A model generated the notes under the pieces. That model ran no database searches, was not told the DNA's origin, and saw nothing but the letters and a program-made list of their open reading frames with translations. Made by a program: the position numbers and the translations under genes. Shown here in pieces: positions 50,161 to 62,790 of a stretch of DNA of 64,000 bases; the first letter of the stretch is position 1; each line of letters begins with the position of its first letter. Source of the DNA: Lama glama (taxonomy: Eukaryota); NCBI GenBank assembly GCA_028534125.1, contig CM052816.1:65164001-65228000 (forward strand). Direction: 5' to 3'.

Positions 50161-52487
50161 ACCTGGAAGAAGAAAAGGAAAAAGAATAAGTCTGCATAAG
50201 GAGTATTTTAAAGTAATCACTATGATCTTTTCATTCCCTAAAAGAAACTACAGCATTTTTAGAAGCAGGCGGTTGGGAAAACCCTGCTGCTAAGTTAAAT
50301 AGGCAGTAAGGTGCTGAAATTCTCAAAACGTTGGAAATTTGGGTTATTGTAACGGGCTTCTCTTCTTAAAGCAATTATATTTTCTAAATTTGAGGCATGT
50401 TCTTACAGTTATAGAAATAATAACAGCTCATTTATTGTTTTGAGACATAGAATGATTTATAAGGAAATTAAAGGAGAACTTTCATACATCTTCCTCCCTG
50501 ACGTTCAAGAAAATTGAGCTTTCTTTCCTGTCCCTTTCACTCCTAGTTTACATTTTCAAAGCCAGATGCAGACAACTGTCTGGACTCATCCAATCTTCTT
50601 TGCTACCATCCTAGTCTGCCACATGGAGTCACCTTAAGGAACACGTGCTGTACCTTAGTGGGGAGGCCAGCAGCTGGGCTTAGCACTGAAGCATACAGGA
50701 CAGCTTGGGCACTTTTTCCATGGTTAGGAGACTCAAGGAACATAAATAAGTGAAATGCGGGCTTATGTGAATGAATACGTCAGATGTCAGAGGACAGAAT
50801 TTAGTTGTGCCCAAAGAAGGCAGAGAATGGTACCCTTTTATTGCTTTTGTTTTTGCAATTTCTTTTTCCTTTTTTATTTTATTATTTTGTTGTTTGTGAT
50901 CATTGTAGAAGCATCAATAATTACAGGGAAGCAGAGTAGTTTCTCTGGAAAAATTACAGATGGTGATGGATGACGGCATAATCGTGTGACAATAAAACAG
51001 TGTATTAAGTACTGAGCTCCCTGCCAGATTATGGAAGGAACACATGAGTAGATAAAAGCACAACAATTTTCTTTTTCACTGTGTCTCAGGAGAAAACAGT
51101 GCATATCAGCATAGATGGAAGCAAATGAGATTAGTTAAAAGAAGGAACTTAAGCCAGAGTAATGATTACGAATGAGATGATTCATCTAATGAAAGCATAA
51201 ACAGGAAAAAGTATGGTTTCATCTTAGATTTTCTTGGTCATTTTCCTGATGTGATTTTATGGTTTAGGAAGGAGTCACACAATACCAAATGACACAAAGA
51301 GTTGATAATTATATGGCTAGTCAAAGTAAGTGATTCTAGACCCCAAGTGGACTATTTCACTTCTGTTTTCTAAGTCAACTGTCTGCATTGTTCCAATGAA
51401 CTGAGTTGGTTGTAAAAGCTCTACTAACTTATCAAGAGATCATTCAAAAACATTTCCAAGTGCTAAATAGAACTATCATGCGAGAGTATATTGGTGCAGG
51501 TACATACAATGTTTTGGAAAATATTGATAAAAAATTCAAGATCATGTAAACTACTCATACACTTATTCATCATAAGATATAATATGGAACATGCATGTAA
51601 AACATAAATTTCATACATGAATAAAGAATAAGTCACACACCCTCCCCTACCCGCCCCCTTGACACCGGCACTATATTTGCAGTAGCCTCGCTATTAAGGA
51701 TTCAGGATCAAACATAGGTTCTATCTGACTTATCCAATTTCTTAATAGTAGAATAAAGAGCTTCTTAGGAGGTAAAGAAGCTTATACTCAAAACCTGCTT
51801 TCCTGAGTCCATTTGAGTTGAGAAGAAAAAGGAAGCCCAAAAGCCTAGAAGTGACAGGTGTGTATCCAAGGTTTATTAGGAATGATTCACTATTGTATTT
51901 GGTTTTCTGTGCTACATTAGGGCATAGGCTTTGCCTAGAGGGTAAGAATTACCTGTAGTTCCTGCTCTTTTTGCAGTCAAGGGAACACAGAATGATGGAT
52001 AAGTTGTATAGGAGAGCAGTCACCAAGCACCCTTGAAAACTCAGGCAAATAGACGACATCATATTTCATTATCTGATCCTGATGAGGCATGACATTTATA
52101 TTGGGAGCAGAAACGTTGATATAATTGACAGGTTTGGAAATGGCCCTTTGAGGAAAGGTGATGAATTATCCACTAATTTCATCTAAGAAAAGAAGATGGA
52201 GAAATGATACAGGAGAGGTTTAATTTCACATGCAGCTTGTTCAGGAGACGGCATCTTAACAGATTTTGAATGGCATGTGCCCAGTTGTGTATGTGGCCTG
52301 ATGCTGGTAGAGTCAAATGATCAAGCTCCAAAGTCTCCATTGGACAGTATTAAAAATTTTAAAGTGGATGAGTGGAAAATGAGAAGATTACAAAGTGGGG
52401 CTGCCTGTGCCTGCCATAAATACTGCCTGGATTTCCTCTAATTGAGAACAGTGAGAAAAGAGCTCTGATTATCAGTCTCATTCTGCT

Positions 52488-52742
52488 GTGAGAGGTAGTT
52501 ATGGATAGTGGCATAAACTCTGGACAGCCTGGTTTCAAATGATACTTCCTCTCCTTATTAGCTGTGTGACCTTGAGCAAAGTATTTAACCTCTCTCTGTT
52601 CTCATTTTCCTCATTTATAAAATAGGCATAACAATAAAACTTAACTCACAGTTTCATTCCAAATATGAAATGAATCAATATTATTGGATATTTGGAGCCC
52701 TTTCTGGCACAAAGGAGGCCCTCCATAGATGTTAGGTATTAT
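52488..52742 (+). mobile_element. Near full-length MIR SINE
   Basis: CTTATTAGCTGTGTGACCTTGAGCAAAGTATTTAACCTCTCT...TTTCCTCATTTATAAAATAGG. Confidence 0.85.
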
Positions 52743-53179
52743 CAATGTATATTTTTCCAAGGTGAAAATAGCTTTATTATTTTCCTTTGCTTATGAAAGT
52801 GATATGTGCTTATTATTTAAAAGATAGGTTTAGAGAAAGATATGAAGAAGAGAAAAATTATTTGGAATCGATTCACTCCCAGGTAAGTACAGTTAACATT
52901 TAGATAATATCCTTCTAGATAGTTTTCTGTGTGTAGAACATACATAATGTGTAAAATTACATCATTCATACATCTCATTAAGCCAATCTGCTGTTGATTC
53001 CTAGTCCATCCCACCCCTAAAATAAAAATACATATTGAGCTGCGACACTGTCATCTGTCAAAATCCAATGCTCCTCAAAGACATCTTCTACAAATTTTTT
53101 CCTGAGCAACTCAACTCTCTTTTGAATGCCATTATTATTATTCCATGTGTACATTCCTTGAAGCCCTTAACGCATTGCT

Positions 53180-53330
53180 TCTTTCCAACAAATACTTATT
53201 GAATACCTTTCCTGTGTCAGGCATTGTGTGAGGTGTGGTGTTACAGTGGTGAACAAAGAGAAGCAGCAAGGTCCCTGCCTTGATGGGACTTAAGTCATAG
53301 GGGAGAAAAAATGCACATATAATATGTAAT
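53180..53330 (-). mobile_element. L2 3' end
   Basis: CAACAAATACTTATTGAATACC...GTGTCAGGCATTGTG...GGTGAACAAAG...GTCCCTGCCTTGATGG. Confidence 0.8.
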
Positions 53331-54439
53331 TTACAGAGAGTTGTAAACTTTTATAAGGAATGCCCCAGGGTAATTGCTGTGTAATAAATTCATCTATATG
53401 ATGAATTATAAACAATTATAGAAACTATGATTGTAGAGAAACTATTCATGTTATAAACCTACTCATTGTAAGAAAAACAATTAGGAGAAGAGAGAGGAGG
53501 GTGGGAGGAAAGGATGAGAGGACAGAAGGAGAGAATGTGAAAACACGAAGATGCTCTTTTTCTAAGAGAGGAGAGTGAGTTGTCTAAAATGAAAATTTTT
53601 TCCTAATGCCTTCAAAGTTTTCATAATCTCTTTTCTTAATCCTAAAATCCAGTACAATATCTTGTAGTTATGTAAAGCTTAACAAGTCTACCTTTGTTAT
53701 TTTCCTTCTGTTAACATCAATTACAATTAAGTTTAATAATTTTAAATAAAATTAACAGCAGTATAAAATTCACATTTTTAGGAAAATACTTCTCTCACTT
53801 CTCTTTCTTTCTCTCTGTCCATTAATCTATCTATCATAATGCATTCTTAGAAAGAGAATCATGTTTGCCTAATGTGAATCTTTAATATCTGGTGGTGAGA
53901 TTATAAAACTGTTTGTTTTACTTTCATCATCGTTTTTTTCCTTTATATGTAAATTATTTGAGGTGAGTATATATCAGCTTTTTAGAAAAGTGGTTTTCAT
54001 AAGAAAGAGAGATAGAGATGGAAGCAATTATGCCAACATGATTATAACAAAAGCTCCCTTGAAAGTTGTCTTGACGATTTAAAATGATGTATGTAAGGTA
54101 CTTGGCGCAAAGCCTGAAATACAGTGATTGCTAAATAAGGTAACTATAACTCAGATGTGAGTTATTTTTGATGGCTAAAGAGGTAGGTGAGGCTTGTATG
54201 AAGTGATGGCTGATACATTTTGGAACATTTAACCTGAAAATCAAGATGGTGATAAAATGAATAAGGAAGTTTAGAGAGTAAGAGCAAGGTTACAAAATAG
54301 TTTAATGGGATGGGTAAGGGGAGGGAAATGGCAGAAAGAAAAATAATATGTTGGGAAAAGCATGCTTATGTACACTTTCCATAATCATTGTTGTTTGCAC
54401 CACAGAGGGAAGTTAGGAGCCTACTGCTTTGTCTTCAGT

Positions 54440-54830
54440 GGTTTGCTACCATATTGACTAATCTCCTCTGTAAAAGAGGTCTTTGATTCAAGGTCATATA
54501 ATATAATCTCCTATTTTTTTCTTTTACTACTTTCATAGTTTTGTTGTCTTACATTTAAGTTTTAAATCTATCTATAATTGTGATTATGAGTTTTATCAAA
54601 AAGTATTATAACTTTTTTGTTCTAAATGGATAACTAATTGTTCCCATCATCATATATTGAAATAGCCATACTTTTCTTATTTACTTGAAATTCCACCATT
54701 ATTATGGTAAGATTTTATATTATTGTTGTAAGTTTCCACATGTAGGCAGTCTGGTTTTGACTTCTATTCCATAATCAATTTGTCTAGGGCCTTACCAGTA
54801 CTACCTTTGATTACTACAAATGTATATGAA
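54440..54830 (-). mobile_element. Old L1 (L1ME-like) ORF2 fragment
   Basis: CAAGGTCATATAATATAATCTCCTAT...CTTACATTTAAGTTTTAAATCTATCT...AATTGTTCCCATCATCATATATTGAAA. Confidence 0.65.
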
Positions 54831-54889
54831 TCTACATAAAGCTAGTTAGAACGGAAAAGAGAAGAGGGACTGGATTTTTTTTTTAAAGA

Positions 54890-56830
54890 AAGTAAAATTG
54901 GCACAACTTACTGATTGTGTGTATGTGGACAGTGAGAAGGAGAGAAGAGTGGAGGATGACTCCCACATATCTAGATTATTTCTAGTTGGAAGGAAAAAGG
55001 AAACAGGAGGAATCAAGGGAAGACAGAAACGGGAGAAATGAAACAAAAAGAGGAAGAGCAAGTCTGTGGGGGAGGATGGTGAGTCACAATTGAACGTGGC
55101 ACATTTGCGGTTTCTGCAGGATGTGTAGGTAGAGCAGACTTGCAAGCTTTGAGGTATCAAAGTTGCAACTGGAGCTGCAGCAAATTCAGGAGTCATCAGA
55201 TATAGGTTGCAGTTAAACTCATAAGAATGAATGACATCATTCTAGGANNNNNNNNNNNNNNNNNNNNNNNNNNNNNNNNNNNNNNNNNNNNNNNNNNNNN
55301 NNNNNNNNNNNNNNNNNNNNNNNNNNNNNNNNNNNNNNNNNNNNNNNNNNNNNNNNNNNNNNNNNNNNNNNNNNNNNNNNNNNNNNNNNNNNNNNNNNNN
55401 NNNNNNNNNNNNNNNNNNNNNNNNNNNNNNNNNNNNNNNNNNNNNNNNNNNNNNNNNNNNNNNNNNNNNNNNNNNNNNNNNNNNNNNNNNNNNNNNNNNN
55501 NNNNNNNNNNNNNNNNNNNNNNNNNNNNNNNNNNNNNNNNNNNNNNNNNNNNNNNNNNNNNNNNNNNNNNNNNNNNNNNNNNNNNNNNNNNNNNNNNNNN
55601 NNNNNNNNNNNNNNNNNNNNNNNNNNNNNNNNNNNNNNNNNNNNNNNNNNNNNNNNNNNNNNNNNNNNNNNNNNNNNNNNNNNNNNNNNNNNNNNNNNNN
55701 NNNNNNNNNNNNNNNNNNNNNNNNNNNNNNNNNNNNNNNNNNNNNNNGAAATATACCAATACAGTAACTAATGTTCAAACATACCTTGTTCTTCTCGAGG
55801 CTGTAGATGTGCTTTTGCACACTGCACAGCCTTGTAACGCATCCCAGCATGAGATGCAGAGAGAGGAAAGCCGAATCTCAGGAAACACATTGACTTCGGA
55901 ATGGGGGGATGGAAAGGACCCGAGAATCAGAGGAAGAAATCTGGGAGGTAACAGGAAATTCAGGAGCATCCAGAGTGATACAGCATGGAGCAGGAAGAAG
56001 TGTTTAAAATGAAAGCAGTGGTGGGTGGAGAAATGAAGAAAGATAAGAACAGAAACAGGCCATATGAGCTGAAGTCTAGGAAATTATTGATGTGGGGGCT
56101 GCAGCTGAAATTATTAGGAGTTAATGAGTCAGGAAGCTATGAGCAAGTTGAACAGTAAATATAAACCACTCTTTCAAAAGAAGATTGGCGTTGAAGTAAT
56201 GAAGGTAAAAAGCATTGATGCTTAAGAACTTGGAAAAATTAAGAGTTGAGGCAGAGAAAGAATTTAAGGAAGATTGAAAGTAGTATTAGCTAACCATATT
56301 TGAGTGCTTACTGTGTACCTGAGAGCATTCTAAATGTTTTAAGTAATTTAACCTTTATAACATACCTATGAGAGAATTACTTCTGTGATTATTCATATTT
56401 TGAAGAGACTGCACAGGTGATGATGTCAGGATATAAACTCAGAAGGCTTAGCTCCATAAGCTTGCTGTTAACCACTCCATCATACTGCCTCTCTGTGCTG
56501 AAGAGAAAGAGACACCCGATGGAGCGCTGATGTCTCTGAGCCGGAATTAGAGTACAGATGCACTGAGGAATCAGCATCAGAAGGAGGAGGAGGAGGAATG
56601 AGATGAGGGTTCGGGAGGACTTCACAATCTTGAAAATAGAGAAGAGGGAGAACACATGATGATTGAAGGATTTCTATTTGGTACAGAAGGAAATATCTTA
56701 CTAGTTAGAGGACCAGAGAAACAAAAGAGGAGCTTAGGGAGAATAAATGACTTGGTATCATCACTGTGGAGTATGTTATAGGGAGTCAACTGAGGCAGAA
56801 ATAATGACCAAATAGCAGTGAGGGGCCCAC
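54890..56830 (-). mobile_element. L2 remnant spanning the gap, with a MIR at ~56280-56490
   Basis: GAAGAGTGGAGGATGACTCCCAC...ATGAATGACATCATTCTAGGA before the gap; L2-like sequence resumes at ~55855; MIR tail GCTAACCATATTTGAGTGCTTACTGTGTACC. Confidence 0.65.
55248..55747. other. Assembly gap (500 N)
   Basis: Run of N. Confidence 1.
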
Positions 56831-58749
56831 ACAGGCAAAGGAAAACATTTGTGGTGGATGCTGTTAGCTTTGCAGCCATAGCAGAGGAGAAGGGAGATGT
56901 TGGGGTACGACGGGGAACTGTGAGATCTTAGAGCTGGGATGCTTTGAGAGCTTCAGTTACTGTCCCTGTATTTAATCGAAAGAGATAAGTATGGCAGAAA
57001 CTTGCTGCCATAACTGGTTTGCACATTTTTTTAGTGTATTATGATTAAAAAAGTCATTTTAAGACCTTATTTAAAATATTATAAAATTCTTGCATCTAGG
57101 CCCTCTTCATATGGTCAATTAATTTCCCATCTCTCCTACTTACAATATTTCTCGTGTTACAGAGGCTCAGTACATACAGTGACTTTATTGTTATTCAAAG
57201 GATTAGAGGGAAACTAAGGGAGGGGAGGGATGACAGAGGAGTCCCTCTGAAGAATTTTTTCATTCCAGCTTCAAAGTTAAGGCAGTTTTGGAAAAGGAGC
57301 TCTTTTTAGGGAGAACAAAGCTGCCAGAACCACTCCCATGATGACTTTTCAAGCTATTCTATCCAGGCTTCTAAACTGGAATCTTTGACAAAACCACAGT
57401 GGGAAGACAGTAGCCACCATACAGCTCCAGAAGGAAAGAGATGTTTGGTCCTATTAATTATACAAAAAATATTCAATATTCATCACTGGTATGTGCTTCT
57501 TGACAGTGAACTTGAAATAGTCCACCATCAGAGCACATTAAAGACAGTCTATGCCTTAATCGTTTTTTGTGTGTAGAGGGGTGAGGAGTAAGCAGGGAGG
57601 AGCAATGTCTAGACTTACAAAAGGGTTAATAACCAGGATGCTTGGTGTATTAGTACTCTTGTACCTATCACAGGGCCCCAGAAAATTGACTTGAAATTTA
57701 ACTCCAGCCTCTCATGTAGTATGCTAATGAGAATATAAAATTTGCATTCTTCAAATAAATAAACGTACTCACAAATGTGTTATTTTTCTGCATTGGCGGA
57801 TGGATCACAACCTCAAAACCCCAGTGGATTATTATCCTGAGTGGCTTTGCACAGCCCTCTGCATCCACCCTTGTTTGCCACATACTATAGCACTGCCTGT
57901 GCCCTGAGCCTAGGTCTCAAGGTAGCTATAGTGTGACATTTTCCTAGAACAGAGATAGGCAGAATTTAACTGACCTCATTATTCTTGGATTCTCAGAGGC
58001 TTCTGTAGCTGTGCCCATTCACTAATACTGTTCTCTTGGGCTGTAAAACTCTGTTCAGTTGTTCTTGTTGCGTGTCACCCAGTGACTCAGTGACAACCGC
58101 AGGAGTGCTTCTTGCATTCCAATGACTCCATTCCTAATTTATTGTGACTTAAAGACTCTAGGGCTCAATAGGGTTTTGTGTAAGAGGGCTGAGCTTCCTT
58201 TTCCCCTTAGAATGTCTTTGTTTGGGCTTAGCCCTCTTTCTTATTTTGATAAATAGACTTTTAAGTGAAGGCTGAAGCTATAAGATGACCAAATAGCTGG
58301 TCTATCTATTAAAAATCCCCCTAAGGTCATTATGTACAGGGAAATGTGATCCCAAATAATTGGTTTGAATGAAAATGGGTTTCACTGATTGGAGGCTGGC
58401 TAATTCCCAGTTACAGGCTGACCTCAAACTGCCCTCAGAGCTAAATCTCTGAGAAAGATTAAGCTCATTTCTAAATTGGGAGAGAGAGTGGTTAGAAGAA
58501 AAGTTATTTTACTTACTTAATGCTGTGTAGTGAACCCTAAACTTAGTGGCTTAAAGTGATCATTTACTTTGTCCTCACAATTTACTGGGTCAGATATTTG
58601 GGCAGGGATTGGTTGAGTGATTCTTCTATTTCATGTGGTATCAACTTGGCTGCACCTGATGACTTCTGGGCTGGGCTGAAAAGTCTAAGAAGACTTCACT
58701 CACATATGTGCTGCTCATGGCTTCTCTGTGTGGCCTCTCTTTCTCTCTC

Positions 58750-58792
58750 TGTAGTAGTCAGGGCTCTCCAGAGAGACGGACTGATAGGATAT

Positions 58793-58831
<39 letters not shown>

Positions 58832-59168
58832 TTTTAGAGAATTGACACAAGTGATTGTTGAAGATGGCAATCCAGAATCTGCAGGGTGAACTGGCAGACT
58901 GGAGACCCAGAGAGGAGTTGATATTGCAGCTCAGATCTGAAGGCAGCCTGCTGGAAGAATTCCCTCTTTCCTGGGGACTTTGGTCTTTTTCTTTAAGTCT
59001 TCAACTGATTGGATGAGTCCCACCCAATTATAGAGGGTAATCTGTTTCACTCATTGTCAACTGATTAAAATGTTAATCTCATCTAGAAAATACCTTCAAC
59101 ATCCGATGTGTTTGACCAAATACCTGGGTACTGTGGCCTAGCCAACTTGACATATAAATTCCATCACT
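58750..59168 (-). mobile_element. MLT2B-type ERVL solo LTR nested in the MLT1 LTR
   Basis: TGTAGTAGTCAGGGCTCTCCAGAGAGAC...TTCAACTGATTGGATGAGTCCCACCCA...GGCCTAGCCAACTTGACATATAAATTCCATCAC. Confidence 0.9.
58795..58826. repeat. Perfect (AC)16 microsatellite
   Basis: Directly visible, inside MLT2B. Confidence 0.97.
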
Positions 59169-60839
59169 GAACTCTCCATGTGGTTTCTCATCATTTAGTA
59201 GTCTAGCCCGAGCTTCCTTACAAGATGACAGCTGGCTTCCCAGAGAAAGTAAAATCTGTCAGACTTGAGCTCAAAAATCCCAGGACATCATTTCTGTTGC
59301 ATTTTATTGGTCAGAGCAAGTCTAGCTCCTGGTTGAGCAGAAGAAAAATAGAACCACTTGGTGTGTGAGGAGCAGCATATGTGGGCAGGGAGGAGAGAAA
59401 TGGTTGGTGACCAGCATCACAGTCTTCCCTCTGGCCACAGCATTTCCCTTCCCTTCTCTGAAAAGTTTCACCACATCACAGAATTAATTCTCAGGTTCTA
59501 GGTCCAGGATCTTACTGTCTAAATCAGGTACATCTGAAACTGAGGCTCTTCAGGTAAAGCTTCTCTTGACCCAGAGACTTGATCTCTCAAGAGATTAGTA
59601 TAATCTCTGTGCATCCACACCCCCAACACACAATGATGAGGAAGGATTATTTTATCTCTGACAAGAGACTTAGCCAGTCAGAAGAAGGGAAATGGGAAGT
59701 CAGAGCAATCACTGTCTCCTCGCATTTCTGAAATCCTACCAAGAACATGTCATAATTCTCTTAAATCTAGAGACAAGAAATGTTTCTTGAAAAGAGTCCA
59801 GTTCTCTGGATGTGATTTTCTGTTCCGTTTTTTTTCAGTAGCTCTTGATTCTGTCCTCTAAATCATGCTCCTTTTCTGTGAAACAATGGTCCGTGTTTTC
59901 TGCTGAGCAGCTTTCTCAGTCTTTTTTATGCCAGTTAAAGTTTGTAGGCCTCTTTTCATTTTGTCCAAAATGTCACACTTCCTTTTAAAACTTCGTAGTC
60001 TAATTATATTTAATTTCATTAAGTAAAAGCTATTCTCACAAATCTCTTTAGGATAGACATTTTTCTACTTGAGGCTGAGAGTCAGAATGCTACGGAGCAA
60101 CATCCTTAAGACTTTTAGAACTTCTTGTCTTCCGGCTAAGTGTACCTTACAGAGATTTTACAAGAGATCTTACTACCACATTCTTGATTTGCTATTTATT
60201 CTGAGACCACGTTTTACTAGCAGGTCTCTGGATGGGCTAGTAGCTCTCTGAATTTGATCAGAGGCTATTTCTTACTCTGAGAACCTTTGGCTACCTGGAG
60301 GGGCTGACTGTGAGACAATTTTATTTTCTAACTCAGCAAGTCCTGGGTTGGACTTTGTGGCTTGAAACAACAGTCTGTTACTTCCCGTGGGCAGGGCTTG
60401 CCTAAGAAAGTCTTCTGCCCTGGGTGCTCTTGATTAGGCCCCTCAACTGTCTGCGTTTTATAGGTAAGTGGTCTAGGCTGGATGGTCCAAGAAAGTTTCA
60501 GTCACGTACCTGGCACCTCTAAGCTCATCTACATAGCTCCTACATGTTAATAATCTTGGGCTTCCTTACAGCATGACAGACTCAGATGGGTCAGACTTTT
60601 TATATGATGGCTGGTTCCAAGAGCAGGTGTTTTAAATGCATAAGACCTGCCCAGTGTGCAAGTTCTTATCAAACCATTGCTTATATGATATTTGCCAATG
60701 TCCTTTTGTCAAAGCAAGTCATGTAACTAAGCCAGAAGCAGCATAGGAGAGACCATATAAGGGTGAAAATAATACGAGGTAGCATTCATTGAGGGACACT
60801 CATGTAACAGTCTCCCTAAAACAGAGAATGATTTCATTG

Positions 60840-61045
60840 CCAGTTAGAAATAGATTTGCCACTTTATTCTACCTTTTCTTAGTGGTGTGGCTTAGGGAAA
60901 ATTGCTGTACCTTAAGGCTTCTTGTTTGCTGCCTGTAAAATGGAAAACATGAAATGTAAATTACTGGATTTTTGTGCATATTATACACACATACACACAG
61001 AGTACCCGTATTAGTACTCAACAGATAGTTTCCACATGTTAGTGG
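60840..61045 (+). mobile_element. MIR SINE
   Basis: CTTAGTGGTGTGGCTTAGGGAAAATTGC...CCTGTAAAATGG. Confidence 0.65.
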
Positions 61046-62682
61046 TGTATTTGGAAGTCCAGCAGTCGGATATTGAATGGAACAACTATGGTTTTATCAC
61101 ATGTGAGCCAGGTTGTAATCAGAAACCAGGGCTTGCATAAGCCAACATGATTAAAGGTGAAAACTCAGAAAAGCAGGTGGACATAAGAGAAGATTAAGTC
61201 TTGGCCAAAAGCTGTTGGCTTTGGGAGAGATGGGAATTTGAGGTCAGGGCTCATGGTGGTGTGGGAATGCACAGTGATGATGATGACTTAACCAAACGTT
61301 GTCAGGATTCTATGTGGTCCAAAAAGGCAGGGTCAAGAGATTCTTATGGATCCAGTCCAGATATAGAAGCTTAGGAAGTCAGATGGATATCAAGGATCTA
61401 GGCCAGAAATCAGGATATCAAGAGCCAGAATACAAGCAGTATGTTTTGAAAAATAGTTATGGGTTCCAGAGGCAAGAGGGAAATTTGATAGTTTGCAAAG
61501 CTTTTGAAGTCAAAGATTTCAAACATTATTGCAGCCCAAAGTAGAAATGAGTCTCAATACATGGGCCAATCTTGACCTACAGGTCTGGAAAATAACATCT
61601 GGTTAGAATGGGGATGGAGCAGTTAGAACCCTAGAATTCTTTTTCTAGTTGTCCCTTCAGTTTTTTCAATGAACTACTCTTTATCTACTTGAGAATGTGA
61701 CGTTTTCCTAAGAAGAGACTCCCACAAAGACACTCTCAGACTGTACAGTTGTCTGTGGCACTTGTGGTACCCATATGCTCAAAAAAAGTGATGCTGTCTC
61801 TACCATCTATTGTTCCAACTGCAGAGTAGTCCGTTCTTTGGTTATAGCAGTTTTATTCCTTGAATGTGTTCTCACCCAGAGGGAAATTGGACCTACCAAT
61901 GCTACTGTCTGAGGCTCAGTTGCAGAACTCAAGATTTTTCTGAATCCTTCTGAATATCTTATCTTTCCTCATGCTGATTATTATTTCAGTCTGAAAGCTT
62001 ATGCTGATTTATAAAGTCACTTTGTACTTTCATTTTTCATTGAAATATTCTGAATAGAATAAAATAGAATCATTTAAAGTTACATTTAGACAAAGTAGGG
62101 TTTCTTGATTAAAAAGGAGAAATTTAAAGTGGCATTTTAAAGAAAAACATTTAAAAAAAATACAGGAATGCACATTCATGCAGTTCTTGCTGGGGAGGGT
62201 AGTTTCTTTTCCTTCCATTAGACACACTGCAAAAATTCAATTAGTTTAAAGATTTTGGTTATGAGTGCATCTTAGGAATTGATGGGGGTATTTTTAGATA
62301 TTACTTATTTTATATAACATCTGATTTTTATAGGTTTTCTGAGAATTCTTAGTGCATTAGCACACAAGTATTTCTACCCTATAGTCAGTTTTATATTAGT
62401 CCAACCTTCATGTACCATTGTCACAGAGATGACTCTTAGTGGTTCTAAGCATCAGTAGTCTGAAGATCTATAGCGTTTAAATATGTAGGTTGAAATTTTA
62501 ATGTCTATTAAAGCCTTTCTTTCTTTACTACCCATTTTCTGTTTTGAACCCTGGGTCTGAGGAGACTCTGCTAACTAGAGTGACCACTTGAAAAAAAGGG
62601 TGTAATTATTTTTGATAATCAAATCATCAGTTAGGAAACAAGGTGTCTACTCTCTGTTCTGATGATGCTTTATGTCCTAGAC

Positions 62683-62790
62683 CAGGAGTCAGCAAACTTT
62701 TTCTGTTACAAGCCTGAGAGTAAACATTTTCCACTTTGTGAGCCAGTTTTTGTCCCAAATACATAGACCTACCATGTGGTGCAAAAGCAA
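62683..62790. mobile_element. MER58-like hAT-Charlie fragment
   Basis: CAGGAGTCAGCAAACTTTTTCTGTTACAAGCCTGAGAGTAAACATTTT. Confidence 0.75.

Larger units (their letters stand above)
58505..60820 (-). mobile_element. MaLR provirus remnant: MLT1G/H-type LTR, internal region, MLT1H-type LTR
   Basis: LTR 58505-59422 (AACTTAGTGGCTTAAA...CATTTTATTGGTCAGAGCAAGTC); internal-like 59423-60345; LTR 60355-60820 ending CATTGAGGGACACTCATGTAACAGTCTCCC. Confidence 0.7.

Noticed and set aside
55196..56012. 187-261-aa ORFs
   Set aside because: Artefacts of translating through the N gap.
57620..57632. AAAGGG+TTAA resembling a piggyBac end
   Set aside because: Too short, and no matching left terminus found.
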